Shown here in pieces: positions 9,592 through 19,079 of a stretch of 46,081 nt of DNA. Under the pieces are notes generated by a model that was not told where the DNA came from, ran no database searches, and was given only the letters and a program-made list of their open reading frames with translations. Positions within the stretch are counted from its first letter, which is position 1, and the number at the start of each line of letters is the position of its first letter. A program made the translations under genes and the position numbers. The stretch comes from a virus. Lineage: Duplodnaviria; Heunggongvirae; Uroviricota; Caudoviricetes. Location: IMG/VR virus record IMGVR_UViG_2862035965_000001, one strand, 5' to 3'.

Positions 9592-12021
9592 CTACCGCTT
9601 CGCCAGGCGCTTCTTTTCTACCTGTGCAAGTGCGTCGTCAAGATTCTTCGGCCCTGTTTTCGCAGCTAGTTCTTTCGCCTCCACATCATCAAGCTCCTTC
9701 ATCTTGCGCGCAGCCTTCTCCTCAAAGCGCTCTTCGCGGTGCTCGGCCTTGGCCTGAATAGCCACCACATCCAAATCCGCTGTACCCACCATGGTCGTGC
9801 CACCGCCGTAGTGCTTATCTCGCTTGGATCGTCGCCTACCGCGCTGCGCTTCAATCTTGCGGCGCTGCTCCATATAAGGATTCACACCCAACGCAAGGTT
9901 GGTTTCAAACACCACATTGGTCGCACCTCGGCGCAAATAGCTCGCACCAGAATTCTGCGTTGTTACCAACCGCGCCAAGTCCATCGGAATCTGACTGTTA
10001 ATCAGCGACTGATACATATCCACCGAGTCAACATTCATCGGGCCCAAAATGGTGTACGCAGCACGTTGGAACTGGTTGAAACCGACAGTGCCAAGCATGG
10101 CGTCCATCGAACTGTAGAGATAGGCCACTCGCCCACCACGCTCAGCCATGTAACCAAACTGATTCGCCAAATAATCCTGCACATCAACATCGACAATGCC
10201 ATCAGCACCGTGGATAATAACCACATCACCTTGACCGAGCGTCTCCACGGCAAAACCAATGACGTTAACTAGCTGTGCCATCGCAACACCTGCGCCACGT
10301 CGCAGCAAACCAGAAAAATCATAGATCACGCGGCGTGCAGAGTTAACAGAGTCAATGCCATCTGCAGTGTGCTGATTAAACAAGTCACCGTGAGTATCGA
10401 GCAAATCTTTATAGGTCAATCGCAGCACAGAAATAGCTCGGAACATATCGGGGTCTTTCACACCCTCGAACTTCTGCCTCTCATACTCTTGATCAAGATA
10501 GGACACAAAGACAGAGAGCAGCGGGATCTGATCATGAGGAACCCCAACAAGTCGCAATTTGTCTCGGTTTTCACCAGCGTTAAGAGCCCACATACTCATG
10601 TCCACATAAAAATCTGTGATGATCTCTTTGAGCTTTCCACGCAATAGCGCCAGCTCAGAAGTCTTATCGCCCAGTGCTTGCTCGGTCATGAACACGATCT
10701 TGTCCATGTGTGTTGAATACAGCGACAGCTCATCTTCTTGCTTACCAAAAAGCTCAAACATGTTGAGATCACCGCTGGTCATGTCCACATGCGCGGTCAT
10801 AGATTCTAACTTCGGCCCCATTTCATCAAGCTTGGCGCCATTGAGCACCAGATGCACCACGCGACGGTTGTTGAGCAACGCTGCCTGGGAGATCTTCGAC
10901 CCCCACATATCAACCACACGTGGTCGATTCAGCAATGGCGAGGTGTTAATAGAATTATCTGCGCATACGACATGTCCAGACCAACGATCCACATCAAAAA
11001 GCACAGCGGAGTTGTTGACATCGCCACGCATGACACCGACGTATTCGCCGGCAACATCGTTAAGACCATTGGTGACCAAAGAATAAGAACCTGCAAATTC
11101 GGTCGAAGTAAAGTGGAACCCTTTACCTCGCTTTTTACTATTCTTGGTAAAAATCTGTGACAGCTCCTGGCGCTGCTCACCGTGGTGTGCAGCAATATCC
11201 ATTCGCGATAAGTGCTCGATGAAACTGCGTCGAATCTTCTCTACAGTAGAATCCAAAATCTCAAGGCTTGGTCCGCGCAACAGCAGGCGGTTGTGCACAG
11301 TCAAATATGATGCACCGTCATCAAGTTCAGCAATCACTTCATCAAGATCAAGTCCACGTTTGACTGTCTTGCGACGATTCGACTTGGTGGAAGAATCTGC
11401 CAAGTCCGATTCCTCTGTCTTGGAAAGTCGGTCAGTGTTTTTTAGGTTGTCATCAATCCATGACTGCTTCATACGCTCCACCTGCTCAAAGAGCACAGCG
11501 GAAACACCCTCAGGAAGGTTACGCGGAATACGGTTCACTCCCCAGAAGGCACCGAATTCATCCTTGGCATCCTCATTGTGGAAAAACGACAAAATAGTGC
11601 CGATTTCATCATCCACCTCAAAATAATCTGAGTGGAAAACATAATGTTCCCGTGGCTTAATCACCATGAGGTGGCCATGATTTTCCATGGTGCCTAACGC
11701 TGCCTGCGCGTCCTTTTTCTGCTGGCGAGTCATCGTCTCGTCAGCAAGATCATCGCCAGACTCGTCCACATCATCCGTGGCAGCGCTGGTCGCACGATCG
11801 TCAAGGTCACCAAAACCAAATGATCCACTCAGGGTGCGCGCAGTGCGCGCAGGTACAGGTGTGGTTTCCTCGGGCGCGCGACCAATGATGCGAGCTCCCA
11901 GTGAGGGTGCTGGGAGTGGTGCTCCTGTGTCAGGTGTTGCATGAAGTGCATCAATCTCCGTAGCGGAGGTGTCTGCAGGTGTTTTCGACTGCTTTTTCTT
12001 GAGTCTGTTTAGAAGTTTCAT
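9592..12021 (-). CDS. VirB4/TrsE-like conjugation protein with degenerate Walker motifs
   Basis: 809 aa. Segments resembling VirB4 pre-ATPase motifs (LLLRGPSLEILD; TSTEFAGSYSLVTNGLNDVAGEYVG...AVLFD). Lies directly downstream of a PrgI-like gene. No GxxxxGK[S/T] present. Confidence 0.65.
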   Translation of the reverse strand: MKLLNRLKKKQSKTPADTSATEIDALHATPDTGAPLPAPSLGARIIGRAPEETTPVPARTARTLSGSFGFGDLDDRATSAATDDVDESGDDLADETMTRQQKKDAQAALGTMENHGHLMVIKPREHYVFHSDYFEVDDEIGTILSFFHNEDAKDEFGAFWGVNRIPRNLPEGVSAVLFEQVERMKQSWIDDNLKNTDRLSKTEESDLADSSTKSNRRKTVKRGLDLDEVIAELDDGASYLTVHNRLLLRGPSLEILDSTVEKIRRSFIEHLSRMDIAAHHGEQRQELSQIFTKNSKKRGKGFHFTSTEFAGSYSLVTNGLNDVAGEYVGVMRGDVNNSAVLFDVDRWSGHVVCADNSINTSPLLNRPRVVDMWGSKISQAALLNNRRVVHLVLNGAKLDEMGPKLESMTAHVDMTSGDLNMFELFGKQEDELSLYSTHMDKIVFMTEQALGDKTSELALLRGKLKEIITDFYVDMSMWALNAGENRDKLRLVGVPHDQIPLLSVFVSYLDQEYERQKFEGVKDPDMFRAISVLRLTYKDLLDTHGDLFNQHTADGIDSVNSARRVIYDFSGLLRRGAGVAMAQLVNVIGFAVETLGQGDVVIIHGADGIVDVDVQDYLANQFGYMAERGGRVAYLYSSMDAMLGTVGFNQFQRAAYTILGPMNVDSVDMYQSLINSQIPMDLARLVTTQNSGASYLRRGATNVVFETNLALGVNPYMEQRRKIEAQRGRRRSKRDKHYGGGTTMVGTADLDVVAIQAKAEHREERFEEKAARKMKELDDVEAKELAAKTGPKNLDDALAQVEKKRLAKR

Positions 12022-12128
12022 CTATCCCCAATTCACTTTAAGAGAAATATATTAAACAAACTTTAACACAAAGAAAGTCTCTATTAAATGTCATTTCATT
12101 AGTGCAACCGCCACCCAGAAGACACGAA

Positions 12129-12163
12129 AAAGCAGGTTGTCGGATCTTCCGGCAACCTGCTTT
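12129..12163. terminator. Intrinsic terminator
   Basis: AAAGCAGGTTG...CAACCTGCTTT. Confidence 0.75.
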
Positions 12164-12177
12164 AAAAAACGTCGCGA

Positions 12178-13047
12178 CTACTTCTTCTTATGTCCGTAAA
12201 TACTGCGCAACAGGTCATTAACCTCAAACCCGTTGAGTTGACGACACTGCTTGTACATCGCACTTGAGTTTTCTACCTCAGAGAGCAAAATCTCTTGTGC
12301 AGTATGCAGTGCGGCGTCATTCGGTGAATGCAGCGCCAAATACTGGTGAATTGAGCTGAATTTTCCACCTACGTCATAACGCAAAATATCAAGTGATTCC
12401 TCCATAAGCTTGGTGAGCTCAGGGTGTCGATACACCAGGTTCTGGTTTTTACGTTCGACGTTGGCGACCTGACTAAATACTGCTTGGGATTCCTTTGTCG
12501 TGATGAAATTCCACTGCGTGTCTGTTTCTACTTTTTGCCAAAAAGAATCTACGCGGTCAACAATCTGACTCCGATCGCCAGAGAACAACAACGCTGAGGC
12601 TGTACCCACAACCGAGTAGAAATAACCCACACTGCCATCCAAGTAGCGCACATAACCATCTTCATCGACACTTTTAATACCGACAAGCTGCATGAATGGG
12701 TATGGCGCAGTATCACGTCGTGTGGAAATTCTACGGTGTTGTTTCTGCAGATAGCCGAACAGAGCCGGCAGCTGCATAAACTTCATTTCCTTGGTTTTAG
12801 TCCACTGTCCGAAATAAGCAGCGAAACCAATGACCCACAACACAATGATGATTTTCAGCCACACCGGTGAGTGCTTGACCGGTGGTGTCATAATCACAGC
12901 TGCAGTGGAAATAAACACCACAAACCAAAACAGCAAAACTTTAACAGGGATAATGCCCAAGCTAAACGACTTGGTGGTAATCGGGATCTCATAATCCAGC
13001 ACACTGCGCGCCAGGGATGGTGGAACTTTGTATTCTGCTTTTGCCAT
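12178..13047 (-). CDS. PrgI/VirB3-like membrane domain fused to a TrsD-like cytoplasmic domain
   Basis: N-terminal YKVP motif and two TM helices, then GIKSVDEDGYVRYLDG...LLFSGDRSQIVD, resembling TrsD-type proteins. Immediately upstream of the VirB4-like gene. Confidence 0.6.
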   Translation of the reverse strand: MAKAEYKVPPSLARSVLDYEIPITTKSFSLGIIPVKVLLFWFVVFISTAAVIMTPPVKHSPVWLKIIIVLWVIGFAAYFGQWTKTKEMKFMQLPALFGYLQKQHRRISTRRDTAPYPFMQLVGIKSVDEDGYVRYLDGSVGYFYSVVGTASALLFSGDRSQIVDRVDSFWQKVETDTQWNFITTKESQAVFSQVANVERKNQNLVYRHPELTKLMEESLDILRYDVGGKFSSIHQYLALHSPNDAALHTAQEILLSEVENSSAMYKQCRQLNGFEVNDLLRSIYGHKKK

Positions 13048-13103
13048 CTCACACCTTCTTTCTTCAATCTATCATTTGACTCTTGTGCTGCACATGCTCG
13101 GGG

Positions 13104-15383
13104 TTAGTCTCGCGGTGCCAGCTGGAAGCCGACAAAGGAGTTGCCGTTGTACTCGCCGCGCTGCAGCGATCCCCGAGCTGTGTACGGCTTCTTTGCCTTC
13201 GACATAGCATCGAAAGCAATCTCGCGACCTTCAAGCAGATCGGCGATCTCCTTGTCGGTGAACTTGTGACCACCCCATACGCGCTTGAAGCGAATCTTTT
13301 TACCCTCAACCTTCCACACACCCACCGCGTACACAGCTGGGTCTGCAGAGGCAATGCGATCAACCTGACCCTTAAACCCAAAGAAATTGATGGTCTTGCC
13401 GTCTTTGTTGAAGCTTTGATGCGCTAGCTTGCCGGTGACTGTCGTGATCTGCCCACCAATCATCGCATCGGTAATGGTGAGCTCCTCACCATTGAGCAAC
13501 GCCTCACATTCAGCATCGCTAAATTCATGCCCGCAGTAGACCTTCTTAAAGCTCACCTGCTCGCCGTTCCAGATGCCGGAGTGCTTCGCAGTGGGGGTAA
13601 AAGTAGTAGTCATGAGTTTCTTTCCTAGTTCTTGGGGGATGTTTTTTGCGTTGCGGGTCATGGTGGCAATATCCTCTTCGACCCACTGTTTCACTGGCTC
13701 TAGTGCCTGCTCTGCGGTCTTTTCACCAGCAGCAACCGCAGCCATATCCGCATAAACGCGCTCGGTCAATTTGAGGTCGCCAATATGGGTGCCAGGAAGC
13801 AGCAGATAATTCAGTTGCCCTGCGTCAGTCATAGTGACTTTGCCGCGAGTTTCTTTGAGCAATGCTGACTTGCCGGCTGTGACCTCGGCATAAGTGCTCG
13901 TTCGTGTCGCACCGGTACCGACATCATGCTTATCGAGCTGTTTCATCAACCACGTCATCGACGGATGCGGTGGTCGCTGCGGAAAACCCTCAAACACCTC
14001 TGGCTCAGCACGGTTACCAATCCCCTGCTGTGCTGCATCACTGCCGGCAGCGGCATCATCAGTCTCGGCGTCTACGTCGAAAATACCCTTCCAACCCAAG
14101 GACTTCGGTACGTTCGCGGTACCGAGAAACGCTGGGTAATCCACGACGCGGCCTTTTTGGTGCTCATAGAGGTAATCCTCTGCCAGCATCGTGAGGTAGC
14201 TCTTAGCCAGCACTTCATAAATGCGCTGTCCGAGCACACCATAGGTGGTTTTCACCGCTGCAATACTGGCCGGCACATTAAATCCCGGACGGTTAGCACC
14301 GTGGGCACCCTTAGGCTTGACGTGGGTCGATCGTGGCTGCCTATGCGTAAGGTCAGCCGGATTCACACCGACCAGGCCGGCAATCTTATCTACCAGTGGC
14401 GCAAGTTCCTTAAACTGCTCAGGGGTAATCGTCTTATCCTCGGTACGCGGATAAGACACCACCTGTGCTTCATACATCTGCTGATAGGTCTTCAGCACGT
14501 TCTTTGCGCTAAAACCTTCTTTGGACAGCAATGCCGACAGGCTTGCCAAGTCAAGTAGACGTGGCGGCGCCGTCTTTTTCATGCTCTTCTCATAGCATTC
14601 GACAGCACTTGCTTTGTACTGCTGCGGTACCTCGTCGCGAGTCTTATAACGTGGCTCCTCGGGGTTGACGTAACTTACCCCGTGATCATCAGTGAAGCGG
14701 TTTTGATAAAAAGGAGTCTTTTTATAATCGTTGTACGCATCTAAGCCCTGCCCCACAATCGCAACCATGGCAGATTTCAGGCGCCCATTGCGCAAGACTG
14801 CACGCCGACCAGTGGCCTCCAACACTTTGGTGGCACCGCGAGTCCACTGCATCGACAGCAGATCAAAGCGTGATCGGAATTCCGCCTTAAGATAATTGGG
14901 CTCGTCATGCATGGAGGTCACATCGCGACGGTTGATAAACGCCTGCTGAATCGAGGCCGGCGCCTCATCAACAAATTCCATACGCTGAATCTTCTTGGTG
15001 TCTAACCCCAGCTCAGCGATAATCTCCCACGCCAACAGATCGCCTTCACCCGTGGGATCAATATCTGATCCGATCACAATGGTGTTGCAACTGCTCAAGG
15101 TTTTCTTAATGCGCGCAATCGTGTTGGCTGCGCCGTGCTTTTGCTCCCGTGACCACAAAAACTGCCTCTCGTCCCACGGCAGCTTAGCGAGATCCCAGTA
15201 TCCACCGATTTCATCGGCATAGCTTGGCGGCACCATCTCTTCTGGTTCCACGAACTCATAAAGATGCCCACTGGCTGCAGCAATGACGTATTTCTCGCCG
15301 TTATAAGTACCAGAGGGTCCGCCGAGGGCTTTCGCAAAGTTTTTTGCAGCCGAAGCTTTCTCCGTCAAAATTCCAATTGTCAA
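13104..15383 (-). CDS. Type IA DNA topoisomerase (mobile-element TopB/topoisomerase III-like)
   Basis: Toprim motifs (TEKAS, GHL, DIDPTGEG), GRLKS, catalytic SYPRTE and GTGATR. Two C-terminal repeats (FKKVYCGHEFSD..., FKRVWGGHKFTD...). TTG start with AGAAAGG RBS. Confidence 0.93.
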   Translation of the reverse strand: MTIGILTEKASAAKNFAKALGGPSGTYNGEKYVIAAASGHLYEFVEPEEMVPPSYADEIGGYWDLAKLPWDERQFLWSREQKHGAANTIARIKKTLSSCNTIVIGSDIDPTGEGDLLAWEIIAELGLDTKKIQRMEFVDEAPASIQQAFINRRDVTSMHDEPNYLKAEFRSRFDLLSMQWTRGATKVLEATGRRAVLRNGRLKSAMVAIVGQGLDAYNDYKKTPFYQNRFTDDHGVSYVNPEEPRYKTRDEVPQQYKASAVECYEKSMKKTAPPRLLDLASLSALLSKEGFSAKNVLKTYQQMYEAQVVSYPRTEDKTITPEQFKELAPLVDKIAGLVGVNPADLTHRQPRSTHVKPKGAHGANRPGFNVPASIAAVKTTYGVLGQRIYEVLAKSYLTMLAEDYLYEHQKGRVVDYPAFLGTANVPKSLGWKGIFDVDAETDDAAAGSDAAQQGIGNRAEPEVFEGFPQRPPHPSMTWLMKQLDKHDVGTGATRTSTYAEVTAGKSALLKETRGKVTMTDAGQLNYLLLPGTHIGDLKLTERVYADMAAVAAGEKTAEQALEPVKQWVEEDIATMTRNAKNIPQELGKKLMTTTFTPTAKHSGIWNGEQVSFKKVYCGHEFSDAECEALLNGEELTITDAMIGGQITTVTGKLAHQSFNKDGKTINFFGFKGQVDRIASADPAVYAVGVWKVEGKKIRFKRVWGGHKFTDKEIADLLEGREIAFDAMSKAKKPYTARGSLQRGEYNGNSFVGFQLAPRD

Positions 15384-15640
15384 AGTATTAACCTTTCTTA
15401 CTTTTTTAATACTTTAACACGGTCAAGAAACTAATTGAATTAGTTATTTGGGTTATTCAACCACCCCAGCCGCATGGTCAGCGCCAACAACTCCCAACGA
15501 GCCACCATGACCGAATTTTCTGCTATCGCAGAACGGATTTATTTATAGGATTTGCACATAACTAGTGCCATCTAGGTCGCTCACTAAGTGAGACTGTAGT
15601 CCCACACGGTGAGATGACGGCTGAAAAACTGCACAAACGT

Positions 15641-16247
15641 GAATTTAATTCGAGCGTAACGTTACGTATCGTTACACTCCGTTACACAGCGTTACAGCAC
15701 CAAAGATGCACGTCAAAGACCCTTTTATTATATTAAAGTTAATTATTAAAATAATATAAGCGTTACATTAAAGTTACATAAAAAATACACTGTGACCTGC
15801 ATGAATGCAAAAGTGTAACGTTGTAACGATACTGTGCATGTTTTACGTACACGCGAGGGATCGCAATAATCCGTTATGGCTTTTACCTATCATCACCACC
15901 GTGCAGAGTAGTAGTGCTCATGTGCACGCTTATGGGGTGAAAAGTAGTAAAACGACATAGCATGATGCTCATATGCGCTTTTAAGTACTTATGTGTCCTA
16001 TTTCACGTTTATGAGTTTTTACTCTTACTCTTCTGTCAATATTAAAGTTCCAAAAGTATCGTTACAACGTTACAAACCACAATTTTGTGACTATAGTTGC
16101 ACGTCAAAGGATACTTTTAGGTGTAACTTTAGCTTTTTCGTATCGTTACACCGTAGCGCTACAAAACTACTGTTACAGCAGCTCAAGGCATGTTTTTGGG
16201 GTGTAACGATACTGTGGCTTTGTAACGTTACGTTCATAATTAAATTC
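15641..16247. repeat. Nested direct and inverted GTTAC(A)/TGTAAC repeat cluster with an AT-rich tract; putative replication origin
   Basis: CGTTAC at 15660, 15670, 15680 and 15690. Perfect 20-bp inverted repeat at 15814-15833/16055-16074. Direct repeats at 15707/16098 (12 bp) and 15822/16202 (15 bp). Outer inverted repeat at 15641-15665/16222-16247. Confidence 0.8.
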
Positions 16248-16639
16248 ATATATGTGTCTGTTATACGCACTTTCGTTCTATTTCGATAGCCAAGTAGTTA
16301 CTGTGTTGATAATTAAAAACTTATGGGAATTTTGAGGTTCTGCACAGCGTCACTTTTTCCGGTATATTCGAAATCGTTGAAACTGTAGTCATAACACTGT
16401 TATGAGAATGTCAAAGGTGCACTAACAAGCCCCAGGGCATACATCAACCACTGCCCTACATCGTGCACGGCGGCGCCACGGTCTCTACGCACAGCAACAA
16501 CTAAAGGCACTGTTTTTCATGCCCCTGTGCGTGTTTAAGCACCTCAACCATTGTGCACAGGCACAAACCAGCACAACACCACTCAAGCCGTTAAACAGAC
16601 GCGAAAATACAACAGCGTCCTTCTTCTTAGGGGACACAA

Positions 16640-16687
16640 AAAAGCAGCTTGCTCCGGGGCACTTACACCCTCGAAACAAGCTGCTTT
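16640..16687. terminator. Intrinsic terminator
   Basis: AAAGCAGCTTG...CAAGCTGCTTT downstream of the helicase stop. Confidence 0.55.
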
Positions 16688-16764
16688 AATTCTTGGCGCT
16701 AATTGCTCAGCGCCACCATCACAGCAGTAGCAACGACCACCACTACCCCACACATCAACACCAT

Positions 16765-18852
16765 CTAACGCGCGCCTCCACCAGTGCTGGGTAGATCGAA
16801 GTTACCGACCCGGTAATCCTGCTTGGAGACACACAGCACCACAGCATTAAGAAAACGCTTCGGGTCAGGAACACGCACCTGCCACGCCTCATCTGTCCGG
16901 GTGTTCCACAAAATACCGTCCTTCATCCCAGACATGACCAAATACATTGCCAGCTGCAAAAACATCGGATGGGTCAGCTCAGAAACGAATTTCAGCTCAT
17001 AGAGCACATCCTTGTGCACCGCGTCTGCGACACCCGCAAAAGACATTGGCGTGCGCACTGCTTTACTCTGTACTGCCTCGCCGTCAAGGATCAGTGGAAT
17101 CTGATTGCGTGAATCAGCATTCAGCCTCGTACCCAGTCGTGACACCAATGCCTTCTCTGCAGCAACCGGAATAGAGCTGCGCACCTGATCGACATACCGC
17201 ATCTGCTCTGTAGACGCTGCTGTGACAATAAGGCAGTTACGCCATACGCTGTTGTTTTTCTTCACCAGGCGTTTGAGATTTTTCGCAAACGGTCTCGGGT
17301 ACGCCGATAGTGCTGTATGGACGTTGTAGTCCTTGAAGAACACTGCCTCCTGAAAGTTTCCAACTGTGGGTGACAGATCAATAAGCCCGTCACTGCGATT
17401 GACCTCAATGGCTGCACCTTTGCCGTTGTCGAGACGCTTCACATCAAGCAGGTCAAAACATGCTTCGACATTCTCTGCGTACTTAAAATCAAAGGCTTCG
17501 GTCACAGAGATCGGGCGCTCATATTCACTAGGCGCCAACTCAGGTAGTTCTTTAAACACTGAGACAGGAATGAAACCCATGGTGCGCTCAATCTGTTGTT
17601 TCACCTCATCCACATCACCCTCGCTTTCTTCTGCCGACGCATGGACATCTACCTCAGGTGCAACCTCGGTATTGTTGTCCACCACACCCACAGCACGCCC
17701 TGCAGCCCAGTCCGCACCAGCCTCATACGCTGCTTGGAGAGAATCACTGCGTACAAAAACAACCTTGTTTTTGCCGCGTGATGCTGCCACCAAGAACACA
17801 TTGCGCATGACTACGGGGTCAACATTGGGGTAACCAAGACGCATGTCCCAGAATTCTTCGTCATAGTCAAAGACCACGCAGGTATCGCGCTCTAGACCTT
17901 TACTGGAATCAAAGGTGGTAAACACCGCAGCATCATCTGGGTGTGCAATCTGGGAATCACCATCGCGAATAGAGGCGAACACAGTTTTCTTGTTGAACTT
18001 TGCCGGTGACTTCCTCTCCACGACATTAAGCGCATCCGACATCTGTCCATTGCGACTACCTAAGCACAGCAGGTTGCTCGGTTCAGTACTTTGAATCAGC
18101 ACCACCGCTTCAGCAAAAGACTTGTATTCAATCTGCTGTGCGGTATTGACACCCACAATCGGTTTATTCCACGCATCAGACAATCCTGCTGCCATAGCCT
18201 CACCAATGCGAAACGACTGCGTAAACGGCGCATAGACTGGATCTTCACACAACTGTGCTGCAAATTCTTGTGGATCTAACGTGGTGTCAGATCGGACTTT
18301 CTGTTCCAAATCACCCACCATGACAATCTGCATGAGCGGGTTGACAGACTTAATGTTGCGCAGCAATTCTGCATAGTCCTCATTGATGTCCTGATACTCA
18401 TCAATAACCATCAGGTCGTAGCTGGGGAACGTGCCAGAAATGTGCTTGAAGTTCTTGTTAAACTCCCGAATCGACTCGCTAATACCGCACTTAATGCCGG
18501 CCTTGAGTAGATGAGGATAGACAATGCCGTGATAGTTCTGCACCTTGGCACCACGAACACGCTGCTGTGCATCAATTTTCAACAACTTCGAATAGGTCAG
18601 ATACAGCACCTCATGGTCTGCACCCATAATCGAGCACAGTCGTTGAATAGCAGTAGTTTTGCCCGAGCCCACGGTGGCATCAACAATGACGTCTTTGCCA
18701 GCAAGCACGTGATCAATCATGGCTTGCTGTTCGGCACTGAGTTGGACTTCGCCTGCACCGGTGCTCAACTGTGGCGGAGGTGCCACCTGCGTGCTGGTGT
18801 TGTACGCAGCGAGCATTGCTGCTGGATTATTTAGCGACATCATATTTGCCAT
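16765..18852 (-). CDS. SF1 (UvrD-like) helicase fused to a C-terminal PD-(D/E)xK nuclease domain
   Basis: Walker A ATVGSGKTT, Walker B VIDEYQD, VGDLEQ, QSFR, SKGLE and VAASRGK. C-terminal GVADAV...YELKF...LQLAMY is a RecB/Cas4-like nuclease signature. Confidence 0.88.
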   Translation of the reverse strand: MANMMSLNNPAAMLAAYNTSTQVAPPPQLSTGAGEVQLSAEQQAMIDHVLAGKDVIVDATVGSGKTTAIQRLCSIMGADHEVLYLTYSKLLKIDAQQRVRGAKVQNYHGIVYPHLLKAGIKCGISESIREFNKNFKHISGTFPSYDLMVIDEYQDINEDYAELLRNIKSVNPLMQIVMVGDLEQKVRSDTTLDPQEFAAQLCEDPVYAPFTQSFRIGEAMAAGLSDAWNKPIVGVNTAQQIEYKSFAEAVVLIQSTEPSNLLCLGSRNGQMSDALNVVERKSPAKFNKKTVFASIRDGDSQIAHPDDAAVFTTFDSSKGLERDTCVVFDYDEEFWDMRLGYPNVDPVVMRNVFLVAASRGKNKVVFVRSDSLQAAYEAGADWAAGRAVGVVDNNTEVAPEVDVHASAEESEGDVDEVKQQIERTMGFIPVSVFKELPELAPSEYERPISVTEAFDFKYAENVEACFDLLDVKRLDNGKGAAIEVNRSDGLIDLSPTVGNFQEAVFFKDYNVHTALSAYPRPFAKNLKRLVKKNNSVWRNCLIVTAASTEQMRYVDQVRSSIPVAAEKALVSRLGTRLNADSRNQIPLILDGEAVQSKAVRTPMSFAGVADAVHKDVLYELKFVSELTHPMFLQLAMYLVMSGMKDGILWNTRTDEAWQVRVPDPKRFLNAVVLCVSKQDYRVGNFDLPSTGGGAR

Positions 18853-18939
18853 AAACTTTCTCCCTAAATTAATGAGATATTAATGAGAGAAAATTATAAC
18901 AATTACATTCTAATTCACCTAGACATTCAGACACAGCAC

Positions 18940-18973
18940 AGCCCTTCCCGGAAAAACATCCCGAGAAGGGCTC
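18940..18973. terminator. Possible terminator
   Basis: AGCCCTTC.CGG...CCG.GAAGGGCT inverted repeat. Confidence 0.45.
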
Positions 18974-19079
18974 GCTTTCATCCGATCTTTGAAAGGTGAG
19001 TGGTTTTGCTACAACTAAATACTCGCAATTTTCCATCCTTTCCTCAAGATTGAGCGTCCTACATCACGCTCGTCAATCC

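Noticed and set aside
2776-15337. Numerous antisense or alternate-frame ORFs (e.g. 4317-5015, 4490-5125, 13926-14558)
   Set aside because: These are shadows of long genuine genes with no independent motifs.
15660-15695. GlnR/OmpR-type GTNAC regulator boxes
   Set aside because: The spacing is 10 bp rather than 11 bp, and the repeats are part of a 600-bp symmetric structure far from start codons. Not excluded, but origin-like iterons fit better.
15993-16679. ORFs 15993-16289 (+) and 16485-16679 (-)
   Set aside because: They cross the repeat region or a terminator, have atypical composition and lack an RBS; likely spurious.
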